Shown: positions 17,243 through 27,244, counted from the first letter of the stretch. The stretch is 64,000 nucleotides of DNA from Cyanobacteria bacterium P01_A01_bin.123 (GCA_039815185.1 JBCBZT010000010.1:1-64000), one strand, 5' to 3'. Made by a program: numbers and translations. The notes: a model not told the origin generated them from the letters alone.

Positions 17243-19180
17243 ATGTCCATGGGTATCGTCCTGTTCAAGTGGGTCAATCAGGGTTTCCTGCTGCGAGGCT
17301 TGCGAGATAATCCTGACTTACTGGGGGCGATCGCCTGTGGTCTGTTGATTCTGCTGGGGGCGATCGCATTTCAATTCAACGGGTTGGGGCTGGGAATCGC
17401 CCTCCTCAGTATTGCCTATGTCGTCGGTGGCTATGGCAGTGCCCGCGAGGGACTGTCAACCCTGATCCAAGATCGAGAACTCGATGTTGATCTGCTGATG
17501 ATTGTGGCTGCTCTGGGGGCAGCCGGATTAGGCCTGTGGCACCGGGAGTACCCGCTGATCATTGATGGGGCCATTTTGATTTTGATCTTTGCCATCAGCG
17601 GTGCCCTGGAAGGCGTTGCGATGCGGCGAACTGAGCGCAGTATTCAGGCCTTGATGGGGGTCACGCCCGATACGGCGCGGGTGCTGCGCGGTGGTCAACC
17701 GCAGGTCATCGCTATTGATCAGTTGCAAGTCGGGGACGAGGTGCTGGTAAAGCCCGGCGAGTTAATCCCTACCGATTGCCTGGTGCTGGCGGGCAGCAGC
17801 ACGATCAACGAAGCTTCGATCACGGGAGAGTCGCTGCCGGTTGAAAAACGACCCGGCCAAGCGGTTTTTGGCGGTACGATTAACGGCAAAGGGGCCTTAA
17901 CCCTACGGGTACATCAGCCGCCGCAGAGTAGCTTGATTCGGCGAATCATTCAGCTGGTGCAGCAGGCCCAAACCACTGCACCCCCATCCCAACGCTTCAT
18001 CGAACGCTTTGAACATGGCTATGCCCGAGTGGTGGTTGGGGTGGGCCTTTTTCTGGCGATCGCGCCGCCATTTCTCTGGCAGTGGGATTGGGAAACCACG
18101 ATCTATCGAGCGCTGATCTTTTTAGTGGTGGCGTCCCCCTGTGCCCTGATGGCCTCGATCATGCCGACGCTGCTATCAGGAATCGCCCGGGGTGCCCGAT
18201 GCGGCATTCTATTCAAAAGTGGAGCAGATCTAGAAACGCTGGGTCAGGTACGCGCGATCGCGTTTGATAAGACGGGCACGCTGACCCAAGGGCGACTTCA
18301 GGTGACTCAGATATTGCCCAACAATGACATCTCAGCCCATCATCTGCTAGCAGTGGCAGCGGCTTTGGAAACCTACTCAGAGCACCCCATTGGGGCCGCG
18401 ATCGCCCATTTAGCCCAGCAAAAGGACTTAACATTACCGCTGGCGACAGCAATACAGGCTGCAACAGGTCATGGCATTCGGGGACTGATCCAAGGAAAAC
18501 CGACTTGGGTTGGCAAATTGGCCCAAGACTCTTCAATACCAGTTCCATCACTACTCTCCCAGCAGAGTCAGAGTTTGGAGGCGGAAGGCCACACTGTCGT
18601 TTGGGTCATACAGGCGGCTCGGGTTCTAGGCTTGATTGCCGTGGCTGATACCATTCGACCCGAGGCCCGCCAACTGATCCATCGATTAAAGCAGTTGGGC
18701 ATCGAACAAATCGTCATGCTAACTGGCGATAACCCCCGTACTGCCCAGCAAATTGCCCAGGCAGTGGGTATCGACCGCATCTATGCTGAGCTGCTACCCG
18801 AAGACAAAATCCACATTTTGCAGCAGCTTCAACAGCAATACCAGACCGTCGCCATGATCGGTGATGGCGTCAACGATGCCCCAGCCTTGGCCCAAGCATC
18901 AGTAGGTATCGCCATGGGCACAACTGGGGCAGACGCAGCCCTAGAAACCGCTGACATTGTGCTAATGGCTGACCGATTAGACAAATTAGAGCAGGCGATT
19001 CGCTTGGGGCGGCGATCGCAGCGAATTGTAAAACAAAATATTGCATTTTCCATTAGTTGCATCGTGCTGCTGCTGCTGGCCAACTTCGTGGGTCAGATCA
19101 GTTTGCCTATGGGGGTTGTTGGCCACGAAGGTTCGACCTTGATTGTCACCTTAAGTGGCTTACGACTCCTGCGCAACTAG
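17243..19180 (+). CDS. coaT: Heavy-metal P1B-4-type ATPase (CoaT-like Co2+/Zn2+ exporter)
   Basis: TGES, SPC, DKTGTLT, SEHP, TGDN, GDGVNDAP, HEGST motifs; no N-terminal metal-binding domain. Start moved to ATG 17243/17249 because the TTG at 17186 is the -35 box. Confidence 0.8.
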   Translation: MSMGIVLFKWVNQGFLLRGLRDNPDLLGAIACGLLILLGAIAFQFNGLGLGIALLSIAYVVGGYGSAREGLSTLIQDRELDVDLLMIVAALGAAGLGLWHREYPLIIDGAILILIFAISGALEGVAMRRTERSIQALMGVTPDTARVLRGGQPQVIAIDQLQVGDEVLVKPGELIPTDCLVLAGSSTINEASITGESLPVEKRPGQAVFGGTINGKGALTLRVHQPPQSSLIRRIIQLVQQAQTTAPPSQRFIERFEHGYARVVVGVGLFLAIAPPFLWQWDWETTIYRALIFLVVASPCALMASIMPTLLSGIARGARCGILFKSGADLETLGQVRAIAFDKTGTLTQGRLQVTQILPNNDISAHHLLAVAAALETYSEHPIGAAIAHLAQQKDLTLPLATAIQAATGHGIRGLIQGKPTWVGKLAQDSSIPVPSLLSQQSQSLEAEGHTVVWVIQAARVLGLIAVADTIRPEARQLIHRLKQLGIEQIVMLTGDNPRTAQQIAQAVGIDRIYAELLPEDKIHILQQLQQQYQTVAMIGDGVNDAPALAQASVGIAMGTTGADAALETADIVLMADRLDKLEQAIRLGRRSQRIVKQNIAFSISCIVLLLLANFVGQISLPMGVVGHEGSTLIVTLSGLRLLRN

Positions 19181-19250
19181 ACAAACAATCAGCCAAAAGC
19201 ATGAGATCTGTACACCCCCAACCAAATTTGATTAACCAGTTAACAGTTTA

Positions 19251-19292
19251 GTATTGAAACATACAAAATATATCAGATTCATTCTTTATGAT
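19251..19292 (+). promoter_or_regulatory. Canonical NtcA-activated promoter for the urt/fmd operon
   Basis: GTA-TTGAAACA-TAC (19251-19264), N22, TATGAT (19287-19292). Confidence 0.8.
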
Positions 19293-19703
19293 TCACCCAT
19301 AGAAATGGCTTATGTGTCTTAGAAAAATACTCATTCAGGCCGTTTCTTGAGGATTCAATTTAGGGGCAGGCGCCCAGTGTTTGTTGCGCTTATTGTTCTT
19401 AAATGCACAAGTTACTTACCTGAGGGAACCCAATCCTTGACAGGTATTTGGTTCTCCTAGACATATCTTGGTTGACAGTATTTGCGAGGTAGTTTCTGGC
19501 TTTATGGCTTTAGGCTGCCGGGTTTGAAATGCTGGCCTAGAATCTTTCACACTTCTAAGGTTGCATATATTTCGGATGGGTTTAGTTTTGAACCTGTTCT
19601 ACGTTGTGCTGTTAATCAGTAGATCTGGTTTTCTCCCTTGAAATTTAGGGTTAGGCCTCTATTTGTGTTCTCTGAACATTGACCGACTGCAAGTTTTTAC
19701 ATT

Positions 19704-21092
19704 ATGAGGAAGTTGAGGAAATCGCAGATGTTAAATGACTTTATCCGCAAAACAAGTCGTCGTAAGTTTCTTCAATACGGTTCCTTAACCTTAGGAGCCA
19801 GTGTGATCGCGGCTTGCAGTGGCGAAAGTTCATCAGATGGTGCCTCTGGGGAGGAAACTGCTGACCTAGGAGAAAACCCAATTAAGGTTGGGGTGATGTA
19901 TTCCACCACCGGAACGATTGCCATTGTTGAAAAGTCTCTTCAGGATGCCACTTTCCTCGCCATTGAGCAGATCAACACAGGCACAGGGCCTTGGGAAGGC
20001 AACGGTGAAGGCATTGCCGGGCGAATGATTGAAAAAGTGGTTGTTAACCCCAACTCTGATTGGGATCTTTATAACCAGATGTCTAAACGCCTGATTGATG
20101 AAGATCAAGTGGTCTGCGTCCTCGGTTGCTACACCTCCGCCAGTCGAAAATCCGTACTGCCTGTGTTTGAGGAGAAAGATTCCCTCCTTTATTACCCGGT
20201 TTACTACGAGGGCAACGAGTGCAGCTCGAATGTTTTCTACACCGGGGCAGCACCTAACCAGCAAATCACCGACTCCATTCCCTATGCCTACGAAAACTTT
20301 GGTCCCAAGGGTTTCTTCATCGGGTCTGATTATATCTATCCCAAAGAGAGTAACCGAATTGCCAGGGCTGAGTTGGAGAGCACTGGCGGTGAAGTCGTCG
20401 GTGACGAATACGCTGCACTAGGAACCACGGAATTCATTACTATCATCAATAAAATTAAGGCCGCCAAGCCTGACTTTGTATTGAGCAACTTGGTAGGAGA
20501 TAGTATCCCCGCCTTCTATCGGCAATATAAGGACGCCGGGATTACCGCAGACGACATTCCGATCATGGCCTATCCTACAACGGAAGAAGAAATTCAGGCC
20601 ATGGGCCCTGAATTTTCAACCGGTCACTATACCAGTTTTAACTATTTCCAAACCGTTGATACACCTGAAAACCAAGCCTTTGTAGAGCAATTCAAAGCCA
20701 TGTTTGGGGACGATCGCGTCACCAATGGGGTGATGGAAGCGGCTTACTTACAAACATTCTTCATGGCCCAAGCGATGAAAGATGTCTTGGAAGGCGGCGG
20801 TGAGCTGAGCACAGAAACAATCAGAGAAGCGACTCGCGGACAAGAGTTTAGCGCCCCCCAAGGTCGAGTCAAGATTGACCCTGATAACTACCACACCTAT
20901 CTCTATTCTCGAATTGGCCGCTGGAAGGAAGATGGTCAAGCTGAGATTGTATTTGCCACGGATGCAGCAGTAAAGCCCATCGCCTGGAGTCAAGCGCTTT
21001 ACAAAGGCCGCGTATGCGAACACGCCACACCGGATGATCGCAGCGACCCCACCAAAGAAACAGGTGAGGATCTCGAGCCTCAGTTCCTCTAG
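19704..21092 (+). CDS. urtA: Amide/urea ABC transporter substrate-binding lipoprotein (UrtA/AmiC/FmdD-like), Tat signal
   Basis: SRRKFL twin-arginine plus IAAC lipobox; GCYTSASRKSVLP, YPVYYEG, GAAPNQQ, GSDYIYPK. Start may be 19728. Confidence 0.85.
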   Translation: MRKLRKSQMLNDFIRKTSRRKFLQYGSLTLGASVIAACSGESSSDGASGEETADLGENPIKVGVMYSTTGTIAIVEKSLQDATFLAIEQINTGTGPWEGNGEGIAGRMIEKVVVNPNSDWDLYNQMSKRLIDEDQVVCVLGCYTSASRKSVLPVFEEKDSLLYYPVYYEGNECSSNVFYTGAAPNQQITDSIPYAYENFGPKGFFIGSDYIYPKESNRIARAELESTGGEVVGDEYAALGTTEFITIINKIKAAKPDFVLSNLVGDSIPAFYRQYKDAGITADDIPIMAYPTTEEEIQAMGPEFSTGHYTSFNYFQTVDTPENQAFVEQFKAMFGDDRVTNGVMEAAYLQTFFMAQAMKDVLEGGGELSTETIREATRGQEFSAPQGRVKIDPDNYHTYLYSRIGRWKEDGQAEIVFATDAAVKPIAWSQALYKGRVCEHATPDDRSDPTKETGEDLEPQFL

Positions 21093-21116
21093 GACAGGAG
21101 CCACCGTATCTGGTTT

Positions 21117-21152
21117 AAGCGGGAAAGATTCTGTGGAGATAATTTCCCGCTT
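21117..21152 (+). terminator. Stem-loop after the substrate-binding gene (partial terminator or mRNA stabiliser)
   Basis: AAGCGGGAAA...TTTCCCGCTT inverted repeat. Confidence 0.55.
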
Positions 21153-21191
21153 TGATGAATAAGCCTTTAGTTCACAGTTGTAGAGCCAATT

Positions 21192-22160
21192 TTGATCATG
21201 CTAGATTCCGCCCTGTCTTTGATATCACCCTCGTTTTTTCTACTGGCCCAAGAGGAGACTGAAGCGGCTGCGGGGTTTGATTTCGCGACGATCTTAAACC
21301 AGGCGTTGAACGGGATTGGCATCGTTGGCATTTTGCTTTTAACCGGTTTAGGATTGGCCATCACCTTTGGCGTGATGCGAATTATCAACCTGGCCCATGG
21401 GGAATTCATCATGCTGGGAGCCTACGTCACTTTTTTGATGCAGGATCTTTTCAAGATGGATTTGCTGATGACCATCCCCTTTGCCTTCGTCGGAACTGCC
21501 ATTATCGGTGCTGTCGTCGAACTCACCATTATTCGTCGGCTGTATGGTCGTCCCCTAGAAACCTTGCTGGCGACCTGGGGGTTAAGCATTGTGCTGCAAG
21601 GGGTCATTAAGCTGATCTTTACAGCGGAGCTGAAGTATGTGAAGTCTCCGGCCTATCTATCCGGCAACATACAGCTTGTGTCGGATGGTTCGATTGCCAT
21701 TTCTTACTACAGGCTTTTCATCATCTGCATGGCCTTAGCTTTGCTAGGGCTGACCATGTTCTTGTTCTACGGCACTTCGTGGGGACGCCAAATTCGGGCT
21801 GTCACCCAGAACCGAGATATGGCGAAGTGTTTAGGGGTCAACACCAAGCTGATTGATATGGGCACCTTTGCCTACGGTTGCGGCTTAGCGGGGGTAGCCG
21901 GTGCCGTCATCTCAGCCTTAAAAACGGTGGCTCCACCCATGGGACAGGATTACTTAGTAGATGCCTGGATGGTTGTGGTCACAGGTGGTGTTGATAAGCT
22001 GATTGGCATTTTGGCAGGGTCACTCTTGATTGGTGAAGCCAACGCCATTATTGCCTTTATGTTGAACGATCCCCTTGCTAGGGTGATTGTTTTGGGCGCT
22101 GTGATTGTACTGATTAGATATCGGCCTGAAGGCTTATTTACGGTACAGAAGCGAGCATAA
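21192..22160 (+). CDS. urtB: Amide/urea ABC transporter permease
   Basis: GLAITFGVMRIINLAHGEFIMLG, RPLETLLATWG, IRAVTQNR, RPEGLF. Confidence 0.88.
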   Translation: MIMLDSALSLISPSFFLLAQEETEAAAGFDFATILNQALNGIGIVGILLLTGLGLAITFGVMRIINLAHGEFIMLGAYVTFLMQDLFKMDLLMTIPFAFVGTAIIGAVVELTIIRRLYGRPLETLLATWGLSIVLQGVIKLIFTAELKYVKSPAYLSGNIQLVSDGSIAISYYRLFIICMALALLGLTMFLFYGTSWGRQIRAVTQNRDMAKCLGVNTKLIDMGTFAYGCGLAGVAGAVISALKTVAPPMGQDYLVDAWMVVVTGGVDKLIGILAGSLLIGEANAIIAFMLNDPLARVIVLGAVIVLIRYRPEGLFTVQKRA

Positions 22161-22206
22161 ACCCATCCGACTTGAAAGCGTTATAGAACCGATAGGGATT
22201 TGAGGT

Positions 22207-23319
22207 ATGGCGAATGTAGTCCTGGGGTATAAGCAGTCAACATTCCCAACTAAGCTAGCTTTAATTAGCGGTGTTGGTCTGTTAGTTTTTGCAATTTTAC
22301 CCTTTGTATTGGGAGACTTCCAACTCTCCCTCATGTCTAAGCTGCTGCTGTTTGGTGCACTGGCCGTTTCCTTAGATCTGGTTTGGGGATTTACCGGGAT
22401 TCTGAGCTTTGCCCATGGTGTTTTCTTTACACTAGGAGGCTATGCTTCAGCCTACTATCTCAAGTTAAATCTTTCCTCTGCTTCAAATACCTATGGTGGG
22501 GAAATACCTGACTTCATGGTATGGAATGGCTTAGAGGCGCTACCCTGGTTCATCGCTCCCCTAAAATATTTTCCCATTGCGCTGTTTGCGACCGTTGCTG
22601 TTCCGGCGCTGTTTGCCTACGTGATTGGATATTTTATCTTTCGGTCTAAGGTGAGCGGTGTTTATATCACCATTATCACTCTGGCAATCTCATCAGCACT
22701 CACCACTTTTTTCGTGAGTCAGCAGGCGTATACCGGGGGCACGAATGGTATCACTGATGTCAGCAAACTGAGCTTCTTTGGAACTCCGATTCCGCCGATT
22801 GGCCTTTATTTTCTGATCTTGGCCTACACCGCTTTTGTACTCGTTGTGAGTTGGTGGCTCACCCAATCAAATTTCGGTTTGATTTTGCGCTCAATTAATG
22901 AGAATGAGAAGCGAATACAGTTCTTGGGCTACGACGTTGCTCAATATAAGATTTTCATCTGGACGCTATCTGCCGCGCTCGCCGGTATGGCAGGGGGGTT
23001 GTTTGTTCCGCTCAATCGGTTTATTTCCCCAGTGTACTTGGCGGTTGCCTTTGGCACTCAAGTTGTTATCTGGGTTGCGATCGGCGGTCGTGGAACCTTG
23101 ATCGGCCCGCTTTTAGCGGCATTGTTGTTGGGCCAGGTACAGAACTATGCCGAGAAAGTCACTCAGGATTGGCAATTAGTCGTGGGTATTCTGCTTTTGA
23201 TTGTCGTCCTATTTGTACCTAATGGATTAATGAGTTTGCTACCCAAACGGTTTAGCTTGGCTAACTTGTCTAAGCCCAAACCGCTTGCGCCGCGTCCCCA
23301 GTCTGAGCAAAAGGTGTGA
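22207..23319 (+). CDS. urtC: Amide/urea ABC transporter permease
   Basis: DLVWGFTGILSFAHG, IPDFM.W, TGGTNG, VIWVAIGGRGTL. Confidence 0.88.
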   Translation: MANVVLGYKQSTFPTKLALISGVGLLVFAILPFVLGDFQLSLMSKLLLFGALAVSLDLVWGFTGILSFAHGVFFTLGGYASAYYLKLNLSSASNTYGGEIPDFMVWNGLEALPWFIAPLKYFPIALFATVAVPALFAYVIGYFIFRSKVSGVYITIITLAISSALTTFFVSQQAYTGGTNGITDVSKLSFFGTPIPPIGLYFLILAYTAFVLVVSWWLTQSNFGLILRSINENEKRIQFLGYDVAQYKIFIWTLSAALAGMAGGLFVPLNRFISPVYLAVAFGTQVVIWVAIGGRGTLIGPLLAALLLGQVQNYAEKVTQDWQLVVGILLLIVVLFVPNGLMSLLPKRFSLANLSKPKPLAPRPQSEQKV

Positions 23320-23394
23320 CGTTTGCCATGTTGCCATGCGATCGCAACTGACATCATCTCACTTATATCTGTTGAATTTCTGAGGCCTTAGTTC

Positions 23395-24150
23395 ATGAAT
23401 TCGGTCTTGTCGGTAAAAGGTTTAGGGGTCGTTTTTTCAGGATTCAAAGCCCTGAAAGGGGTTGACCTGGACGTTTATGACAATGAAATTGTCACCATCA
23501 TTGGACCCAATGGGGCTGGAAAAAGCACACTGCTAGATGCCATTGTCGGCAAGTCGCCCATTGCCTCCGGCCATGTCTTTTATCAAGGCAAAGAGATTAC
23601 CAACCGGAGCCCCCACGAAATTGCCCGGATGGGCATTGGTCGAAAGTTTCAGAACCCTAATGTCTACAACAAACTCACGGTATTTGAAAATATCCTGCTA
23701 GCCCTGAAAGGCTCCCACGGTATTTTGGCTTCAATCACAGCAAAGCTAACCAAGGCTAAGAAGGGGAAAATCTATGACGTTCTAGAGCGGACTGCTTTAC
23801 TGGATCAGGCCTTTGATCAAGTTGCTTCGCTTTCCCATGGCCAAAAGCAGTGGGTAGAAATTGCCATGGTTCTAGCCCAAGATCCCGCTATTGTTTTGCT
23901 AGATGAACCGACCGCTGGCATGACGGCAAAAGAAACCCACATGACCGGCGAAATCATTCAAAGCATTGCTCAAGCTCACTCTATTGTGGTCATTGAGCAT
24001 GATATGGAATTTGTGAAGCAAATTGCTGAGCGTATTGTTGTTTTGCACCAAGGCAGTGTGCTGGCAGAAGGGTCAGTCCAAGACGTTCAAAGTAATCCTG
24101 ATGTGATAGAGGTTTATTTAGGTCGTGAAACAATCAACGCCGCTGCTTGA
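23395..24150 (+). CDS. urtD: Amide/urea ABC transporter ATP-binding subunit
   Basis: GPNGAGKS, GIGRKFQ, LSHGQKQW, LLDEP, IEHDM, VYLG. Confidence 0.9.
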   Translation: MNSVLSVKGLGVVFSGFKALKGVDLDVYDNEIVTIIGPNGAGKSTLLDAIVGKSPIASGHVFYQGKEITNRSPHEIARMGIGRKFQNPNVYNKLTVFENILLALKGSHGILASITAKLTKAKKGKIYDVLERTALLDQAFDQVASLSHGQKQWVEIAMVLAQDPAIVLLDEPTAGMTAKETHMTGEIIQSIAQAHSIVVIEHDMEFVKQIAERIVVLHQGSVLAEGSVQDVQSNPDVIEVYLGRETINAAA

Positions 24151-24874
24151 GCGAGAGGGTAATGTGGCTGCTAGGCCAATCCTTGAGATGCGTAATGTAA
24201 CCTCTGGCTATGGTCAGACACCTGTGCTGTTTGATATCAGCTTGGCCATCAACCGGGGAGAAATTGCCTGCTTGTTAGGCCGTAACGGTGTGGGCAAAAC
24301 AACCCTGTTGAGAAATATTATTGGTCTCAATCAACCCACATCGGGCGCGATCGCGTTTGATGGCAAAGAGATTACCAAAGCACCCACCTTTAAACGGGCT
24401 CGTCAAGGCATTGCCTACATTCCCCAAGGACGAGAGATTATTCCATACTTGTCTGTGCTCGATAATCTCAAGATGGGATTTGCCGCCAGTGGTAAGAAAG
24501 GCAACCGAATTCCCAGCGAAATATTTGAGTTTTTCCCAATGTTGTCTGACCATTTAAGTCGTCAAGGGGGACTGTTGAGTGGCGGGCAACAGCAACAGCT
24601 CGCGATCGCCCGTGGTCTCATGTGCAATCCTAAAATCATGCTGTTAGATGAGCCGACAGAAGGCATTCAACCTTCCATCGTTCAAGAAATTGAAGACACC
24701 CTCAGGCGCATCAATCAAGAGAAGGGAATCACGATTGTTGTGGTTGAGCAAAAAATTGAATTTGCCCGTAAGCTGGCCCAAAAGTTTTTCATCATGGAAA
24801 AAGGATCCATTGTTGAAAAAGGTGATACTCACCAGCTCACGAATGATTTGTTACATCGTTATCTGGCTGTTTAA
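24125..24874 (+). CDS. urtE: Amide/urea ABC transporter ATP-binding subunit
   Basis: GRNGVGKTT, PQGREI, LSGGQQQQLAIAR, LLDEPTEGIQPSI. Confidence 0.9.
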   Translation: MKQSTPLLEREGNVAARPILEMRNVTSGYGQTPVLFDISLAINRGEIACLLGRNGVGKTTLLRNIIGLNQPTSGAIAFDGKEITKAPTFKRARQGIAYIPQGREIIPYLSVLDNLKMGFAASGKKGNRIPSEIFEFFPMLSDHLSRQGGLLSGGQQQQLAIARGLMCNPKIMLLDEPTEGIQPSIVQEIEDTLRRINQEKGITIVVVEQKIEFARKLAQKFFIMEKGSIVEKGDTHQLTNDLLHRYLAV

Positions 24875-24949
24875 ACTTACGCGCATTTCCGGTTCGAAAT
24901 ACATAATCTGCGCAGATATATTCTGGTGAATCCATGAGGAGCGAGCATC

Positions 24950-26155
24950 ATGCCCAAAACATTATTTGAAGTTGATCTAACGAAGCCCATGAATGAACAG
25001 GCGCTGCCTGGTCATAATCGTTGGCATCCTGATATTCCCGCAGTGGTTTCTGTGAATCCAGGCGATATTTTTCGCATCGAGTGTAAAGACTGGACTGACG
25101 GGCAAATCAAAAATAATGACGATCCCAGCGACATTCAAGACGTTGATCTGACCGTTGTTCACGTGTTGAGTGGCCCGATCCATGTCAATGGAGCTGAACC
25201 TGGCGATATCTTAGTGGTTGACCTACTCGACATCGGTGCGCTGCAAGGGGACGAGTGGGGCTTTACAGGGATTTTCTCCAAAAATAATGGGGGCGGTTTT
25301 CTGACCGATCATTATCCTGAAGCGGCAAAAGCAATTTGGGACTTGCAAGGCATTTACACGTCTTCACGGCATATCCCTGGCGTGAAATTCGCTGGGATTA
25401 CCCACCCTGGTTTGATTGGTTGCGCACCCTCCCACGAGCTATTAGCCAAGTGGAATAAGCGAGAGGCAGAGCTGGTGGCGACTGCCCCCGATCTGCGCAC
25501 GTATGGGGCTGGCCTTTCGGGTGACCAACCGGTGTTAGCCGCATTACCCAACCCGACCAACGCGATTTTGGGCAAGTTGCCTGCCTCTGAGTATGAACGT
25601 GTGGCGGCTGAGGGTGCCCGCACCGTTCCGCCCCGAGAACATGGCGGTAACTGCGATATCAAGAATCTCTCCAAAGGAACACGGATTTACTTCCCGGTTT
25701 ATGTGGAAGGCGCCAAACTCTCCATGGGAGATATTCACTTTTCCCAGGGAGACGGTGAGATTTCTTTCTGTGGTGCGATCGAGATGTCTGGTTACATTGA
25801 TCTCCATGTCGACATTATCAAAGGGGGTGTAGAAAAGTATGGGATGGTTAACCCCATCTTCAAACCGGGTCCCGTTGAACCTCAATATTCAGAATATTTG
25901 GTATTCGAGGGGATATCGGTGGATGAGTTTACCGGTAAGCAACATTATATGGATGTCCATATTGCTTATCGACAAGCCTGCCTCAACGCGATCGAATACC
26001 TGAAAAAGTTTGGCTTTACCGGTGAGCAAGCCTATCTGCTTTTGAGCTGTGCTCCGGTTGAAGGCCGGGTTAGTGGTATTGTCGATATTCCTAATGCCTG
26101 CTGTACGTTGGCGCTGCCCACTGAAATTTTTGACAAGGACATTCTGCCCGCTTAA
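24950..26155 (+). CDS. fmdA: Formamidase/acetamidase (FmdA_AmdA family)
   Basis: HNRWHPDIP, ECKDWT, ARTVPPREHGGNCDIK, GDIHFSQGDGEI..CGAIE, SGIVDIPNAC. Confidence 0.93.
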   Translation: MPKTLFEVDLTKPMNEQALPGHNRWHPDIPAVVSVNPGDIFRIECKDWTDGQIKNNDDPSDIQDVDLTVVHVLSGPIHVNGAEPGDILVVDLLDIGALQGDEWGFTGIFSKNNGGGFLTDHYPEAAKAIWDLQGIYTSSRHIPGVKFAGITHPGLIGCAPSHELLAKWNKREAELVATAPDLRTYGAGLSGDQPVLAALPNPTNAILGKLPASEYERVAAEGARTVPPREHGGNCDIKNLSKGTRIYFPVYVEGAKLSMGDIHFSQGDGEISFCGAIEMSGYIDLHVDIIKGGVEKYGMVNPIFKPGPVEPQYSEYLVFEGISVDEFTGKQHYMDVHIAYRQACLNAIEYLKKFGFTGEQAYLLLSCAPVEGRVSGIVDIPNACCTLALPTEIFDKDILPA

Positions 26156-26174
26156 ACAGGGTGTTAAAACTTTT

Positions 26175-26210
26175 GTCGTGGGTGATACTCTCACTCCACC
26201 CACGGCTTTT
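26175..26210 (+). terminator. Rho-independent terminator-like hairpin after fmdA
   Basis: GTCGTGGGTG-N12-CACCCACGGC followed by TTTT. Confidence 0.55.
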
Positions 26211-26233
26211 CTAATTTGAGGGATGTTAGTATA

Positions 26234-26521
26234 GTGCCACTCTACGATTATCGATGTGACGCCTGTGGTGTTTTTGAAGCCTGGCGTCGATTAGCAGAGT
26301 TAGATGTGCCAATGTCATGTCTCACTTGTGGGTCAAGCGTTCAACGCCTTTTTTCTCCCCCTAATATCAATTTGAACTCTGGTCGGTTTCCAACCCGCAG
26401 CAAGTCTTTAGAATCGCCTAAAATTGTCAAACGAAAAACTTGGGAAACGTCGAAATCTGAAAGCCAGATTTCGAAAACGAGTCGTCCCTGGATGATTGGC
26501 CATGCCCCTGAGAGACTTTAA
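26234..26521 (+). CDS. fmdB: FmdB-family zinc-ribbon protein
   Basis: (M)PLYDYRCDACG...CLTCG...RPWMIGH; directly after fmdA; GTG start. Confidence 0.85.
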   Translation: MPLYDYRCDACGVFEAWRRLAELDVPMSCLTCGSSVQRLFSPPNINLNSGRFPTRSKSLESPKIVKRKTWETSKSESQISKTSRPWMIGHAPERL

Positions 26522-26653
26522 TCAACGGCCCAATCTCAATAAGCCGTTCTACCAGATTCCTACTAAACGACTTGTTCTTCCTCTTACTCAAGACCAGGTT
26601 GACTGCTGTTGCTGTTCGCTAAAATGAGTAGTGTCTCAATCTGCTGACTTAAG

Positions 26654-27241
26654 ATGGCCACGACAACTCAGCGGTTCACGCTCAGTGAATACCTTAATCA
26701 TGACGACGTTACAGACACGACGTATGAGCTCGTCAACGGAGAGCTTGTCCCAATGACCCTTGGCAAGGGACAGCATGGCGAAATCGCTGACTTCATCAAC
26801 ACCTGCTTCCGCAATGAAATCAAGCGGCTAGGGCAAGACTGGGTTTCAAAGCAGATGGTCATTGGCATCCAATCTCCACGAGGCGATCGCTGGGATACTG
26901 TTCGTATTCCAGATGTTGTGGTCTTACCTCTGCCCCAGTGGAAAGAACTGCAAAACCGTGAGGCTGTTATTCCTCTCAATGAGCCTCCCCCATTACTGGT
27001 TGTGGAAGTTGTCAGCGAATCCACCAAAGTAGCCGACTACCGCGCTAAACGGGCTGAATATAGTGTTCTTGACATCCCTGAATATTGGATAGTTGATCCG
27101 CTCTCTGCAAAAGTTACCGTTCTCATACTCACTGAAGGCTGGTATGACGCCACTGAATTTACCAGCAGTGAAGTCGTACAGTCGCCGACCTTTCCCGAAC
27201 TTGAGCTAACCGTAGAGGCTCTTCTGAAAGGCGATTTGTAG
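26654..27241 (+). CDS. Uma2-family (DUF820) PD-(D/E)XK endonuclease
   Basis: [36 protein letters not shown]. Confidence 0.9.
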   Translation: MATTTQRFTLSEYLNHDDVTDTTYELVNGELVPMTLGKGQHGEIADFINTCFRNEIKRLGQDWVSKQMVIGIQSPRGDRWDTVRIPDVVVLPLPQWKELQNREAVIPLNEPPPLLVVEVVSESTKVADYRAKRAEYSVLDIPEYWIVDPLSAKVTVLILTEGWYDATEFTSSEVVQSPTFPELELTVEALLKGDL

Positions 27242-27244
27242 CGC

